Assembly (NCBI GenBank): GCA_965215885.1
Contig: CBDCEW010000091.1
Span: forward strand, 32,001 to 96,000
DNA length: 64,000 nucleotides
Source of the DNA: Candidatus Moanibacter sp.
GTDB taxonomy: Bacteria > Verrucomicrobiota > Verrucomicrobiia > Opitutales > UBA2987
Direction of reading: 5' to 3'
Part shown: positions 8,370 through 20,109 of the stretch, in pieces
How positions within the stretch are numbered: position 1 is the first letter of the stretch
How the letters are laid out: the number at the start of each line of letters is the position of its first letter
Position numbers and translations under genes: made by a program
The notes under the pieces: generated by a model
What the model was told of the DNA's origin: nothing
Database searches by the model: none
What the model saw: the letters and a program-made list of their open reading frames with translations, nothing else

Positions 8370-10574
8370 TCACGATACGGTCTCCAGGAATTCGCGCCAG
8401 GCTTCGACGAAACGATCGAGCTGATCCTGACCCATGGGCGTAGAGATATTTCCGACCAGTTGGTTGCGCAGGAAGATTCCCCGGTTTAGAAGGAAAAAAA
8501 ACAGCCTTTCCCGAAGTGCTGCGTTCTGCTTGCGCGCGCTTCTATAGTCAACAACAGGATTTTCGGTAAAATGGATACCGAAGAAGGATCCGATTCCCGT
8601 AACTTGAAGAGGAACGTTTCGTTCGGGAGCCTCGGAAGCGAGGCGCTCCCGCAGAGATTCTCCAAGATCGTTCAATCGCGCATAGACCGCTTCGTTCAGT
8701 TTGTGGAGGGCTGCGAGGCCTGCCTGCATCGTCATGGGATTGGCGTTGAACGTGCCGCCGTGAGGAATTCGGGGATGACCCGCGACCCCGTCGAAGGCTT
8801 CCATGATGTCGGCGCGTCCGCCGAACGCTCCAACGGGGAGCCCGCCGCCTATGATTTTTCCGAGACTGGTCAGGTCTGGGATTACTCCGACAAGAGCTTG
8901 CAGGCCTCCAGTCCCCAGGCGGAGTGTTTGCACTTCGTCGAAAATCAGGAGTGTATGCGTTCCGTCGCACGCCTTACGCAAGGTGCCGAGAAATTCAGGG
9001 GTTGCGGAGACGTATCCGATATTGGCCATAGCGGGTTCCACGATGACTGCCGCGAGGTCGTCGCGATGAGACTCGATGATTTGCTTGGCGGCGTCGCAAT
9101 CGTTGAAGGGCACCACCACTACTTCAGCGAGTGTGCTCGCCGTGAGACCTGCGGAGCTGGGCACGGCCAGAGGGGAGTCGGCTGGTCCGGCGTGCGCCAA
9201 GTCGGTGGTTTCACTGACGGACATGAGGTCGGAGGTGCCGTGGTAAGCTCCCTCCATTTTGGCGATCTTTGACTTTCCCGTGAAGGATCGAGCGGCGCGG
9301 ATGGCCATGGCGACGGCTTCAGTGCCGCTGTTGGTGAAACGCAGCTGGTCGAGGGAAGGAATCTCTTCGACAAGAAGCTCAGCCAGATCTATCTCCGGCC
9401 TCGTGGGATGGGTAAAGGCGGTACCTCTAACGGCCTGATCGGTCAGCGTGGCCGTAATGGCCGGGTGGGCGTGGCCGAGTATCAGAGATGACGCGTTATT
9501 GTAGAAATCGATACGCGAATTTCCGTCGACATCGTAGAGCAGGTATCCATCCCCACGTTTCACGTAAAAGGGAAAAGGGCGGAAAAATGCCGTCAGCCGG
9601 GAGTTCCCCCCCGCCAGGAATTGCCGTGCCTCTTGATAGAGCGCATCCGATTTGGAGTTACGCTTTCGATATTCCGCGACTTCGTCCGCAAGGACGGGAC
9701 ACTCGGGGGCGACAAGGGAGGCGGGTGAAGGTGTATTCACCGGATTTGTAAGACCCACACACTTCCTCAGCTTCTCAAGGCCCTCGCGCGCGGCCGTATC
9801 CGGGCCCTGGTCCCAGTAGCTTTGGTTGAACAGCTCCAGGGAAAGCATACCCTCGTATTGAATCGCATTCAAGCTCCCCACGATCCGATCCCATGGGGCT
9901 AATCCATCCCCGGGATAGACACGATCGGCATCCGTCAACGAGTCTCGGCCGGGTATTTCGGGATAGTCATTCACATGAACGAGCCCCAACCGGCCTGCTC
10001 CGAAGTGCTCGAACCCAAAGTAGTGATCGCTCCCCTTATACATGTGGTAGACGTCGGCCAGAAGCTGCACGCCTGATCGCCCACACTCCGCCGCGACAAA
10101 GAGGGCCTCGCCCGTCGTCCCCAACGTTTTCGCGATCCCCCAGAATTCGAGGAGCGGGGTGACACCATACTCTGCAGCCAAGTCGACCAGGACGGCGAAC
10201 CGCTCGGCGACCTGATACAGGTCCACCTTGCGATCGTGGATGCCAAAGGGTGGGGCAGCCAGGTAAGGACAGCCCAGCGCATGCGCCATCTTCAGGCAGC
10301 GCTCAGCTTCTTCGAGACCTTTCGCCCGACAGTCGTCCTCCGGGACTGCCCACTCGGGGAACGCGATCAGGTTCACGATCTGGATGCCGCGAGACTCGGC
10401 TCGATCTTTGATCTCTTCGAGCGAACCGCCGTTTTCGACCCACTGGTCAAGCTCGTTGACCCACGGTTCCAGGCCATCGAATCCGGCGTCCGCTGCCGTA
10501 TCAATCGCATCCAGGACAGACGCCCCTTCACTCCGGATCGTGCTCGTATTCAAGCAGAACTGAAATCGGCTCAT
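8370..10574 (-). CDS. Fusion of sugar-phosphate isomerase/epimerase TIM barrel and class III PLP aminotransferase (GSA-aminomutase-like)
   Basis: N-terminal LEF..DVYH..HVND..LELF metal sites. C-terminal FTNSGTEA, FDEVQT, SLGKIIGGGLPVG and HGGTFNANP. Confidence 0.85.
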   Translation of the reverse strand: MSRFQFCLNTSTIRSEGASVLDAIDTAADAGFDGLEPWVNELDQWVENGGSLEEIKDRAESRGIQIVNLIAFPEWAVPEDDCRAKGLEEAERCLKMAHALGCPYLAAPPFGIHDRKVDLYQVAERFAVLVDLAAEYGVTPLLEFWGIAKTLGTTGEALFVAAECGRSGVQLLADVYHMYKGSDHYFGFEHFGAGRLGLVHVNDYPEIPGRDSLTDADRVYPGDGLAPWDRIVGSLNAIQYEGMLSLELFNQSYWDQGPDTAAREGLEKLRKCVGLTNPVNTPSPASLVAPECPVLADEVAEYRKRNSKSDALYQEARQFLAGGNSRLTAFFRPFPFYVKRGDGYLLYDVDGNSRIDFYNNASSLILGHAHPAITATLTDQAVRGTAFTHPTRPEIDLAELLVEEIPSLDQLRFTNSGTEAVAMAIRAARSFTGKSKIAKMEGAYHGTSDLMSVSETTDLAHAGPADSPLAVPSSAGLTASTLAEVVVVPFNDCDAAKQIIESHRDDLAAVIVEPAMANIGYVSATPEFLGTLRKACDGTHTLLIFDEVQTLRLGTGGLQALVGVIPDLTSLGKIIGGGLPVGAFGGRADIMEAFDGVAGHPRIPHGGTFNANPMTMQAGLAALHKLNEAVYARLNDLGESLRERLASEAPERNVPLQVTGIGSFFGIHFTENPVVDYRSARKQNAALRERLFFFLLNRGIFLRNQLVGNISTPMGQDQLDRFVEAWREFLETVS

Positions 10575-10696
10575 CTGTGACCTTTCTTTTGTGCTGTTTT
10601 CAAGGGAGACTCCTATGTCTTTGGGTGATGCGTTTTCTCATTCATATGGAATGTGTGGATTCAGTTGAATTCGGATCGAGTTCCCTGGGAGTCTTG

Positions 10697-11554
10697 TCAG
10701 ACGCTGTCGCTCCCAAAGTGATACAAAGTGAAGTCACAGACTGGTTTATACCCGATCCGCGCATAAATGGAGTTCGACGTCGGATTTGCCAAGTCGGTAA
10801 ACAAGACGCAGAAGGATTGCCCGTCCTTTAGAAGATGTTCACTCAGCCGGGCAACACATGCGGTTGCAAACCCCTGCCGGCGCCACTTTGGAGGCGTGTA
10901 GACGGCACCTATCGCGATTCCACGCTGCGTAGCCCGTGTGCTCGCCGCCATGCTCCTCGGTTCGTTATCCTCCCAGAAGTAGATCTCTCCACGGTCGATG
11001 CGCCGCTTTGCGGTCTTTCGTGCCTTGTCAAGTGCGTCTTCTTGTAGGACTTCCGTAGCGAAGGCTGCCATCCAACGACTGACCGTATCGAGATCCGTAT
11101 CTCGCGCTCGTCGGAACCCGCCGTCCGGAATCGGTACTTGTCGAAGCTTCGTCAACTTGTAGAGGCGCTGCCGCATGCCGATTCGGACGGGTTTCCCTGA
11201 AGTCTGATTCCACATCCGGGCAAACGACTCGGCTACTGCGTTCGGTGCAATAACGCCGGACACAATAAGATCGGAGGTGAGCAAATATTCGATGACGAAT
11301 TCCAGAGTTTTAGTGTCATCGGACCCCATAGTGGACAATACCAACGGATTAGGCGGAGTCATAAGTACTGTAACCAACACTCCGTCGTCGCTTTGCACCG
11401 TGGCAAAGAACGGGGGGTTATTCGATGCAGTTGGACTTTCCCGAAGGCGGAGGGCGAGACCCAGTATAAGGTTATGCGCGGCCTCGCGCTTCTCCAACTC
11501 CAGTTGCGAATCACCCAGGAACGATTCCGCATCCTCGTATCTGATCAACTGCAT
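10697..11554 (-). CDS. GNAT family N-acetyltransferase
   Basis: VYTPPKWRRQGFA acetyl-CoA motif and LFTDLANPTSNSIYARIGY. Confidence 0.9.
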   Translation of the reverse strand: MQLIRYEDAESFLGDSQLELEKREAAHNLILGLALRLRESPTASNNPPFFATVQSDDGVLVTVLMTPPNPLVLSTMGSDDTKTLEFVIEYLLTSDLIVSGVIAPNAVAESFARMWNQTSGKPVRIGMRQRLYKLTKLRQVPIPDGGFRRARDTDLDTVSRWMAAFATEVLQEDALDKARKTAKRRIDRGEIYFWEDNEPRSMAASTRATQRGIAIGAVYTPPKWRRQGFATACVARLSEHLLKDGQSFCVLFTDLANPTSNSIYARIGYKPVCDFTLYHFGSDSV

Positions 11555-11724
11555 GGTAATCGCTCTCAGGAAATGTCCGAATGATCCTCCCCTTGCAAGT
11601 TCTCATTGGGGTGTGGTCTTACAGTCTGGCTTGAAATTTCAATGTGGAAGCCGGTCTCCGGGCGATGGACTAACGCTATCGCAGGGCAGCAACTTTCGGC
11701 CGGATCGGAGCGCCGATGAAGTTA

Positions 11725-11950
11725 TCGTGCTCGTCCTCGTCCTCGGAGCGCAGCGATCTTTATCGAACGATCTATCCGAGAAATCACTCTTACTACTCTC
11801 CATTTTACTTTGATCGAGCGTCAGCTTTGATTCTTGACCTGTTTCGAGAATCCCCGTGAGCGGGATCCCTCGGAGCGAAGCAATCTTAGCCAGACGTTCT
11901 GAGCAGAGCGAATCGAGGACGAGCATGAGGACGATTACGAGAACGAAAAG
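11725..11950. repeat. Inverted low-complexity repeat pair with nested hairpins
   Basis: TCGTGCTCGTCCTCGTCCTCG is inverted with CGAGGACGAGCATGAGGACGATTACGA. Internal GGAGCGAAGCAATC. Confidence 0.5.
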
Positions 11951-12055
11951 TAGGATACTCCTGTAGAGTAGATTCCCAGCTGGTCGTTCGCCGCCCGCCA
12001 GGGACGGCTTGCAACGCGCCTGGTGGGGTATAACATTTGAGCGACATTCTTTCAA

Positions 12056-12866
12056 ATGAGAACCTTTAAACTGGGATACGCCACCCTGCATTGGCGGAAC
12101 GCGGATCTGGAACCCGCTCTGCGAGAACTACAGGAAGCCGGCTGGGAGGGTTGGGAGGGTAGGATGGGGCAGGAAGCGTTGGGTCCTCCCGAACATCTCA
12201 AGCGGATATGCGAGGATACGGGTATGCCGATGGTGGTGTACACGGCGGCCGGGTCGCCTGACAATCGCGAATCGGAGAACATCGAGCGAAACAAGCGGAG
12301 AATGGATTTCGCCGCTGCCATGGGAGTCGATTGCTTCATGTACATGAGTGGTCGCAGACCGAAGAATTCCATCGTTAGTCGTGATGATATTCAACGAGCG
12401 GCCGAGGATGCTGAAACATGGGCGGAGTACGCGAGTGGTTACGGACTCGAATTGTCTTACCACATCCACACAAATATGCTCGTGGATTCGATCGAGGAGT
12501 GGAAGTTCTATATGAGCTTTCTGGAGAAATCAAAGCTCTGCATCGACGTCTCGCACGCGGAACTGTGGGGTTACGACCCGGTGCAGGCGATCGAGGATTT
12601 CCGTGACCGGCTCAACTATATTCATCTCCAGGACTACTCATCCTGCACCGTGCGGGAAAAAGGAAAGTACAATCCGACTTGGGTGCCTGTGGGAGAGGCG
12701 GAGTGTCTCGATTTCGCAGGAGTATTACGGAAATTGGAAGAGATCGGCTACGATCAGCTGGGTCACGTCGTGTCCCGGAACGCCCCCTCCGTCCGGCGAA
12801 CCGGCCTTCGAGGAAGCACGCCGCAGTCGCGGGATGCGGGAGTATTTGCGCGGGCTGGGATACTAG
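12056..12866 (+). CDS. Sugar phosphate isomerase/epimerase (IolE-like TIM barrel), frameshifted near 12760
   Basis: YHIH, CIDVSH, YIHLQD and VPVGE motifs. The real C-terminus (WVTSCPG...YLRGLGY) lies in another frame. Confidence 0.75.
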
Positions 12867-13110
12867 GTCATTCCGAGATCGGCGAGGGTATTTTGTACAA
12901 CCCATCCGCGGAAAAAGGGATTGTCAAAGGTATACCCCACGGCGCTTTCGGGCGTCTTCATCAGTGTCCCTGCTTCCACCAGAGCAGCGGCAGCGTTCGC
13001 GGTGGTACCGCTGTCGCCAAGGGCAAATTGCTGGCGGATCCGCTTTGTCGTGATACCGGCATCGCCGGCGGCCACAGACCTGAGCACATTCTGCTGGTGA
13101 CGGGTAAAAT
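12863..13110 (-). pseudogene. C-terminal fragment of an ATPase/winged-helix-type protein, truncated at an orphan IS end
   Basis: GYTFDNPFFRGWV tail. The sequence stops at the IS end at 13112. Confidence 0.45.
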
Positions 13111-13111
13111 T

Positions 13112-13162
13112 CAGACCTCACTATATTGCCCCTCTAAAGGCACTATGCAATCGCAAGTTTAA
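13112..13162. mobile_element. Orphan end of the 2.37-kb IS
   Basis: 51 bp identical to 41020-41070 and 53153-53203 (CAGACCTCACTATATTGCCCC...AAGTTTAA). Confidence 0.9.
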
Positions 13163-13300
13163 TTCTTTCGAAGGGTTTACTCGGCTTCATTCCGACAGGC
13201 TGCTAGACCACTTTTTTTCACTAAATTCAGAAGGAAACTTTAAACGCCAAGGCTCAGGGGCACGGTTTACCGCATCCACCGCAGTAATTCGTTAGGCACT

Positions 13301-14467
13301 ATGCAGGGCTCTCGTTACCGATTTATGCGGATGCTGACGGCGGCATGTCTGCCATATAGCATCGCGATAGCTGAAAGTCCGGACACGGAGAAGGGTGCGC
13401 CACCACCTGCCGTAGAGACGGAACCAAAGAGCGTCTACGAGCAGATATGGAGTCTCGCTGAGATCTACAAAGACGAGAAGAATTCTCTACTGCAGTCGTT
13501 CGTCGTAACTGGCCGCGAACAAATTGATTACGCGACATTTGATGCCGAGCAGGGAGATTACGCAGACTGGGTGGTACGCAGGACCAGGCTTGGTTTCGAG
13601 GTAAAGATGCTTGATTCGATTACGCTGCGTTCAGAGGTGGATCTCGATCTGGAGAATGCGGACCCGCTCTATAAGCGCCTGACTGATACTTACGTTGCCT
13701 GGTCGCCAAGTGATACCTTCACGATGAAGATCGGGAAACAGGGCGTCCGGTTCACCCTGGATGGCGCGACCTCGTCGAAAAAGCTGCTCACCATCGACCG
13801 GAGCAACTTGTCGAATAACCTGTGGTTTCCCCAACAATATATGCCTGGGATAACGATTGGCGGCCGGATGGAATCCTGGAATTATCTAACCGGCATATTC
13901 TCCGCGGGAAGCGCTTCACGCGAATTCGGTCACTTTGACGGGAGTTACTTCTTGCTCGTCTCGATCGGCTATGATTTCACAGATGCCTGGGACGTTGAAG
14001 AAGCTCTTTTGTCATTGGATTACGTCTATCAGGACCCGGATGAGAACAACACGTTTACGCGTCCGCTGGGGCACATCGCTTCGCTGAATTTCCGTTACGC
14101 CACGGGAATGTGGGGATTCCGGTCGGACTTGACGCTCGGGGAGGGATACCGAGGTCAGAGTGATCTGTTTGGGTTGGTGGCGATGCCGTCTTACAATATA
14201 AGCGGCAAGGTTCAGATTGTGGGGCGTTACACCTATCTGAACAGTTCGCAGGAAAACGGAGTCCGGCTAGCCCGTTATGAGAACCGAATCGTTTCCGGTC
14301 GCGGCGACGAATACAACGAATTCTATCTCGGGCTGAACTGGCTTCTTTACGGCCATTTGCTGAAGTTACAGAGCGGGATCCAATATGCCACCTTGAACGA
14401 CGGAGCGAATGACGGTGGAGAATATGATGGCTGGGGCTGGACGACGGGTCTGCGAATCAGTTGGTGA
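13301..14467 (+). CDS. Outer-membrane porin (OprO/OprP-like)
   Basis: Signal peptide, VRRTRLG, DTYVAW, alternating beta-strands and C-terminal aromatic GLRISW. Confidence 0.8.
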   Translation: MQGSRYRFMRMLTAACLPYSIAIAESPDTEKGAPPPAVETEPKSVYEQIWSLAEIYKDEKNSLLQSFVVTGREQIDYATFDAEQGDYADWVVRRTRLGFEVKMLDSITLRSEVDLDLENADPLYKRLTDTYVAWSPSDTFTMKIGKQGVRFTLDGATSSKKLLTIDRSNLSNNLWFPQQYMPGITIGGRMESWNYLTGIFSAGSASREFGHFDGSYFLLVSIGYDFTDAWDVEEALLSLDYVYQDPDENNTFTRPLGHIASLNFRYATGMWGFRSDLTLGEGYRGQSDLFGLVAMPSYNISGKVQIVGRYTYLNSSQENGVRLARYENRIVSGRGDEYNEFYLGLNWLLYGHLLKLQSGIQYATLNDGANDGGEYDGWGWTTGLRISW

Positions 14468-14650
14468 TCGATGATCCTGACGATCAGATAGCTTCAATTA
14501 TCCGAAACTGTGTTACGAAGCGAATCGTAAGAGAAACTCCCTCTGAACGAGCACCCTCTACTTCAAACATCTGAAAAACTAACCTGACCGAATTTAGATT
14601 TCCGATGATACCTGATTGATCGCAGCGTTTCGACTATCTAAATTCTCGTT

Positions 14651-14782
14651 ATGCTAAGTACCGGGAAAGGAATCATCCTCCTGGTCAGTTGTTCAATTCT
14701 GGTCATCACTCTCGCTATTGCGTGTCTAATCAGAAAACACCACGTGTCCGCAATCCCTGAAGAAAACCGTGCTTGTCAGTGA
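14651..14782 (+). CDS. Possible small single-TM protein (43 aa)
   Basis: MLSTGKGIILLVSCSILVITLAIACLIRKH... has one hydrophobic stretch. No other support. Confidence 0.25.
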   Translation: MLSTGKGIILLVSCSILVITLAIACLIRKHHVSAIPEENRACQ

Positions 14783-14899
14783 GCCTCGCTCCCCTGATCG
14801 AACAGAGACTCGGTTGAGCTTTCCTCCTTCATCGATCGATCACCACAAGGAACAGTGGTATGGCTACTGCATCAGCGGGATAGGCTCAATCCTTCTCGT

Positions 14900-15723
14900 A
14901 ATCGTCCTCGTGATTCGGCCACCGCACCTCCCATGACGATTGGCCGCCGCTTGCAAAATGGCAGGAGCGCCCGCCCCGCGGGATGTGGAATTACCTGTTC
15001 TGGAGCGACGACAACGGCAGATCCTGGAGCGAGCCGGTAGAATGTGACGAGGTCGGCGGCGAACCGGGATATATCACCGAATTGCACGACGGGACGCTCC
15101 TCTATACCCGAACCGAATCGGCGCGTTCGGACTTGCTGAAAGATGGACCATTGCCCTGGGGCGATGTCTATTATCGCAATCGGGCCGTGTTTTCCGACGA
15201 CGGAGGAAAGAGCTGGGAACGAACGTCGCTGATAACCGACGCGCCGTTCCAAAGCGATTGCGAGACCGGCGTGGTGGAGTTGGAACCCGGTCATCTGCTG
15301 GCGGTGACGCGCATCGGGTTCGGTGGCGGTCGCTTCGGGCAGCCCAGCCGGTTCGTGCACAGTTATGATGGCGGGCGCACCTGGGAGCATCCGACCCTGT
15401 CGCCGATCTACGGCCAGCGGGTGATCGTGCGCATGCTGCGGTCGGGCAGGTTGCTCGCGACCTACCGGAATCGATGGGGAACGCCGGCGAGCTACGCGTT
15501 TGTCTGGGACCCGGACGAGGTTTTTGACTACGAGCCCAGTTCCTACCTTTGGGATGAATCCAGCTGTACCCTGGACGACGGTGTTATGACCTTGAAGACA
15601 AGCGGAACTTCGGAGACGCAGGCGATATTTGGGTTTTACCCGGCGTTGCGCGAGGAATCCGAAGTGGATCTCAGCGTCAACATGCGCTCGTCCGCCTCAA
15701 ACGCATGTTCGGAAAGAAGATGA
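14900..15723 (+). pseudogene. Sialidase-like (BNR/Asp-box) protein fragment
   Basis: Asp-boxes SDDNGRSW, SDDGGKSW and SYDGGRTW. Appears truncated at both ends. Confidence 0.7.
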
Positions 15724-15866
15724 TGATAAAGATTATGATGACGATGATGAGGGTATCCGCCCGGTTTGTGAGATTTGCGGACTAACTGGTACTCCCAGCC
15801 TACCAATTGAAAAGCGTCGAATCGATTTCCTCCTTGGGATGGCCTATTTTTCGAATGCACGTCGCC

Positions 15867-17301
15867 ATGGAATCGGTTACCTATCACAGATCCCTTCCGT
15901 TACTCGACGAATACGAGGTGATCGTTTGCGGGGGCGGACCCTCCGGTATCCCGGCGGCGCTGGCTGCGCGGCGCGCCGGGAAGAAGACGTTTGTTGGTTG
16001 AAGGTACGGGCCAAATGGGCGGGGTGGGGACGTCGGCGGGCGTGTCGCACCTGCTGGCCAGCCGAACGAACGACAACCAGGTCTGCGTGGCGGGAATTTT
16101 CAAGGAGATTACTGAGGAACTGGCGGCGCGGGGCGGAGCCGTCAATCCCGACACCATCGAGACGCCGGGCAAATTCAATCCTCACGGTTGGACGGGGAAG
16201 GTGAGCAACCTCACCTACGGCGTTCCGTTCGACCCCATTCAGATGGCGATTCTTTTGGATGAGAAGATGCTCGAGGCGGGGGTTGATGTGTTGTACTTTA
16301 CGAGCGTCGTGGACGTCCTTCCGGATCCTGGCGGCGGTGAACGACTGGGCGGGATAGTGGTCTCGAACAAATCGGGGCTGCAGGCGGTTACGGGAAGGGT
16401 GTTTGTCGACGCCACGGGAGACGGGGACGTGGCGGCGCGAGCCGGGTGCGAAGTCGTCAAGGGGCGCGCCGAAGACGGCCTTATGACACCGGCTTCATTG
16501 ATCTTTCATGTCGAAAATGTGGATCAGGACGCGCTTTCCGAATACATCCACGACACCGAGGAGAATCGGTTCCGGAATTTGATTGAAGACCTTCGCCGGC
16601 GCGGTGAATGGGATTTCCCCTACGAGATCTTTATCACCGTGCAATTGACGGACAAGGGCACACTCATGGTCAATACGACCCGCATCTGCGACGTTGACGG
16701 AACGGATGGCCGTTCGATTTCGCGGGGCATGATGCAGGGCAGGCGGGAGGTTAACCGGCTCTTCGATCTCATGAAGCGACACTTTCCGGGATTCGCGAAG
16801 GCGCGCATCAAGCTGGTGGCGCCGGTGCTGGGAATCCGCGAAACGCGGCGAATCGTGGGCGATTTCGTGATGACGGTCGAGGACCTCGTTGAAGGCCGCA
16901 ATTTCCCGGACACGATTGGATTCAGTGGTTATGGGTGGGACCTGCCGGACCCGAAAAAACCGAGTATCCAGACAATGCACGGCATAGAGCGGAAGAGGAA
17001 CTACACGCCCATACCGTACCGCGTGATGGTTCCTCAGCCAATAAAGAACATAATCTGCCCGGGCCGGGCAATCAGTGTGGAGCGGCACGTCCTCGGGCCG
17101 TTGCGGGAACAGGGCGCGTGTTACGCCATGGGCCACGCCGCCGGACTGGCGGCTGCGATGGCGGCTGAAAACGGAACTGCTTTTGCCCGGATCGACGTGG
17201 GAGCATTGCGGGACCGCCTCCGGAAGGAAAATGCGAAAGTCGATTGGGACCAGGAGATCCGGCCCACGTGTTGGTCGGTTGATCGGGTGAATTCGGGGTG
17301 A
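15867..17301 (+). CDS. FAD-dependent oxidoreductase (FAD_oxidored/HI0933-like), frameshifted near 15990
   Basis: VCGGGPSG in one frame, then LVE..GQMGG, DATGDGDV, GIRETRRI and IPYRVMVP in the next. Confidence 0.85.
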
Positions 17302-17325
17302 GGGGAATGCGAAAAAGGACAAGCG

Positions 17326-19336
17326 ATGGATAAAAACGATTTCGACCTCGTCGTAGTGGGCGCCACGCCCGGGGGAATCTCCTGTGCGGTCGCGGCGGCT
17401 CGGGCCGGTTTGACGGTCCTATTGACAAACTGGAACGAGCGCCCGGGCGGATTTTTCGTCAATGGCGGCAGTGTCCTCGACACAATATACGAGGGCAACC
17501 GCGCTCCACTTTTCGCGGAGTTCCTGGAGCGCATTCGGGACTTCAACAAATGCAAATACGGCGAAGACTCGGACCGCTACCGCGAAACGTTTTACGGTGA
17601 CCGGCTCGATTCGAGCGCCCGTCCGCGTATTCGCAATGAGGCGGCGGCAACGGTGTTCCGCGAGTGGATTGAAGCGGAACCGAAGTTGTCGCTTTTGAGC
17701 GGGGTGATTCCCGTAGCCGTGGAACGGTCCTGCAGGCACTTGACGGCGGTCTTCCTGAGCGAGTTGGCGAATGGGAAGCGCCGACGGTATTGCGGACGGA
17801 TCTTCGTGGATGCCACCTACGAGGGCGACCTCGCGGCGGTCGCGGGCGTGGAATACCGGGTGGGAAGGGAGTCCCGGCAGGCATTCGGCGAGCCCCACGC
17901 AGGCAAAATCTGGCGCGATTACGTGGAGGGGAGAAGACGGACACTTCCCCCGGGAGGCGGCCGAGGGGCTGATTAACACGCGGATATTCCGCCTCACCAA
18001 TAAGCAGATATTCGCAGGCAGCACGGGTGAGGGCGATGGCGCGATTCAGGCCTATAACTATCGGATGGCCCCCACGAATGACCCGGAGAAAAGGCGCCCC
18101 ATCACGCGTCCGGACAATTACGACCGGGAACGTTATGCCGGGATTACGGGGAGCGAACAGGCCAGATTGGAGAAATCCTTTCCCATCAAATCCGACGCCC
18201 TTTACAACGGGGTGGAGAAAGTCGGGATGGGCGGGCAATATCACTGTTACCCAGGTGGGAACCATGAATATCCGGAAGCTGACTGGCAAGGACGCCGCGA
18301 AATCCTGAAGGCGCACGCGGACCACATGCACGGGTACTTTTATTTTATTCAGAACGACGACTCGGTTCCGGAAGCCATCCGGGAGCGGAATCTGCAGTGG
18401 GGGCTGGACAAGACCCTTTATCCGGATAACGACAACATCCCGTATGAAATCTACGTCCGGGAAGCACGTCGCATCCGGGGCCGTTATGTCTTCCGGGAAC
18501 AGGATGCCACACTGGCGGAGGGGTATGGCCGGGCGCCCGTGCACAGCGATTCCGTCGGAGTCACCGAGTGGCCCATGGATTCCCACGATTGCACTACCGA
18601 GATGGTGCCCGGAAGCCTCCACGACGGTGTCCTGTTGCTGACCGAAGAGACACGCCCGGGACAGATTCCCTATCGCTCCCTCTTGCCGAGGGATATCGAC
18701 AACCTGATCGTACCGGTTTGCCTCTCGGCCACCCACGTGGCCTGGGGCACGGTCCGGCTGGAGCCGGTGTGGATGCCCTTGGGGGAGGTCGCCGCCCACG
18801 CGGCCGCGCTCTCGCTTCAGCTCGGAACAACGCCCGGAGAACTCGACCCGGAGCACCTCCAATTCCGCCTGGTGGAAAATCGGATCATGGTGTCGTTCTT
18901 CAACGAGTTCGATATGGCTACGGAAGAGCCGTGGGTGCCCGCTGTTCAGTATCTCGGAACGAAGGGGTTCTTCGACGAATATGATGCGCGGCCGGAGGCG
19001 CCTCTGACTGGTCCGGTGGCGCGGGAATGGGCGCACGCTTTTGCCGATTTATGCCAGGGAAATTGCGATTCGCACGCAGTCGCAGGAGCGGTTCACCGGG
19101 TAGCCGGCGATTCCGATCCGGCCGTTAGTGTTGCCGAATTTCTGACTCTCCTGGAAAAAGAGGCGGCTTATCGCGGGTTGCCGGATTCGCTCGTAGGTCG
19201 TGAGGCGGAGGCGATAGGATGGAACGAGGAGGAATCTGTTACGCGCAAAGACGCCTGCCGGTTGATCTTTGCTCTCATTCGCCGGATTCTTTACCCGGGT
19301 GAATCGACGATTAGAGAGCCCATTATTGAAAGGTAA
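17326..19336 (+). CDS. FAD-dependent oxidoreductase, frameshifted near 17930
   Basis: VVGATPGG, DATYEGD and GRESR, then IQAYNYR, YVREARR and HVAWGTVRLEP. Paralog of 29935-31935 and 43781-45811. Confidence 0.85.
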
Positions 19337-19371
19337 CCTGGAGAGCAGACATTTTCATCTGTGAAGGTGAG

Positions 19372-20109
19372 ATGATAGACATTCAGGATCGAGTAGTGCA
19401 GGAAAATATGGATACTCTCTCTGCCGCGTTTGATCGCGATGGTTTTGTGATTCTTCGGCAATTCTTCGATGCCTCAGTAATTAAGCGTCTGAATGGTGAA
19501 ATTGAACGCTACCGAGCCGTTCGGCTTCCTGATGGTGCGCCCGCTGGATACGAAAATCCTTCAGTTCCGGATAGCCTGAAGTCGATGCGGCTGATGGAAA
19601 AACACGACCCGTTTTTCCGAGAATTCTTCATCGGAAATGATCGCCTCAGGGAGTTATCACGTGCGCTGTTGCACTATCCCGAGGTTGAACTCGCCTTTGT
19701 GCAATGGTTTGACAAGCCGCCTCGGATTGGGTCACCCACGCCGGCTCATCAGGACAACGTATTTGACCCATTTGAACCTCCCGAAGTGCTCACCTTTTGG
19801 ATCGCACTGGACACAGTCGACGAGGGTAATGCCTGTTTGCGTTACGTTCGCGGTTCGCATCGAGGACCGCTTCGCGAACACGAGGAATCGCCACACTCAG
19901 GTTTCAGTAGAGTGGTCAAAGATTATACTGATCAGGACAGAGCAAATGAAGCCGCCATTCTGCTTCTACCCGGAGACATCGCGGTGCACCATTTTATGAC
20001 CATCCACCGCACGGATCCGAATCGCAGCGACCGTCACCGCCGGGGAATCGGATTTCGGGTCAAAAGCACGCGGGCGAAAGCGCTGAGTGAGCGTCAACTC
20101 GCTGGGTAG
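19372..20109 (+). CDS. Phytanoyl-CoA dioxygenase (PhyH) family Fe(II)/2OG dioxygenase
   Basis: TPAHQD, WIALD, GSH, PGD...H..TIH and NRSDRHRR. Confidence 0.9.
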   Translation: MIDIQDRVVQENMDTLSAAFDRDGFVILRQFFDASVIKRLNGEIERYRAVRLPDGAPAGYENPSVPDSLKSMRLMEKHDPFFREFFIGNDRLRELSRALLHYPEVELAFVQWFDKPPRIGSPTPAHQDNVFDPFEPPEVLTFWIALDTVDEGNACLRYVRGSHRGPLREHEESPHSGFSRVVKDYTDQDRANEAAILLLPGDIAVHHFMTIHRTDPNRSDRHRRGIGFRVKSTRAKALSERQLAG

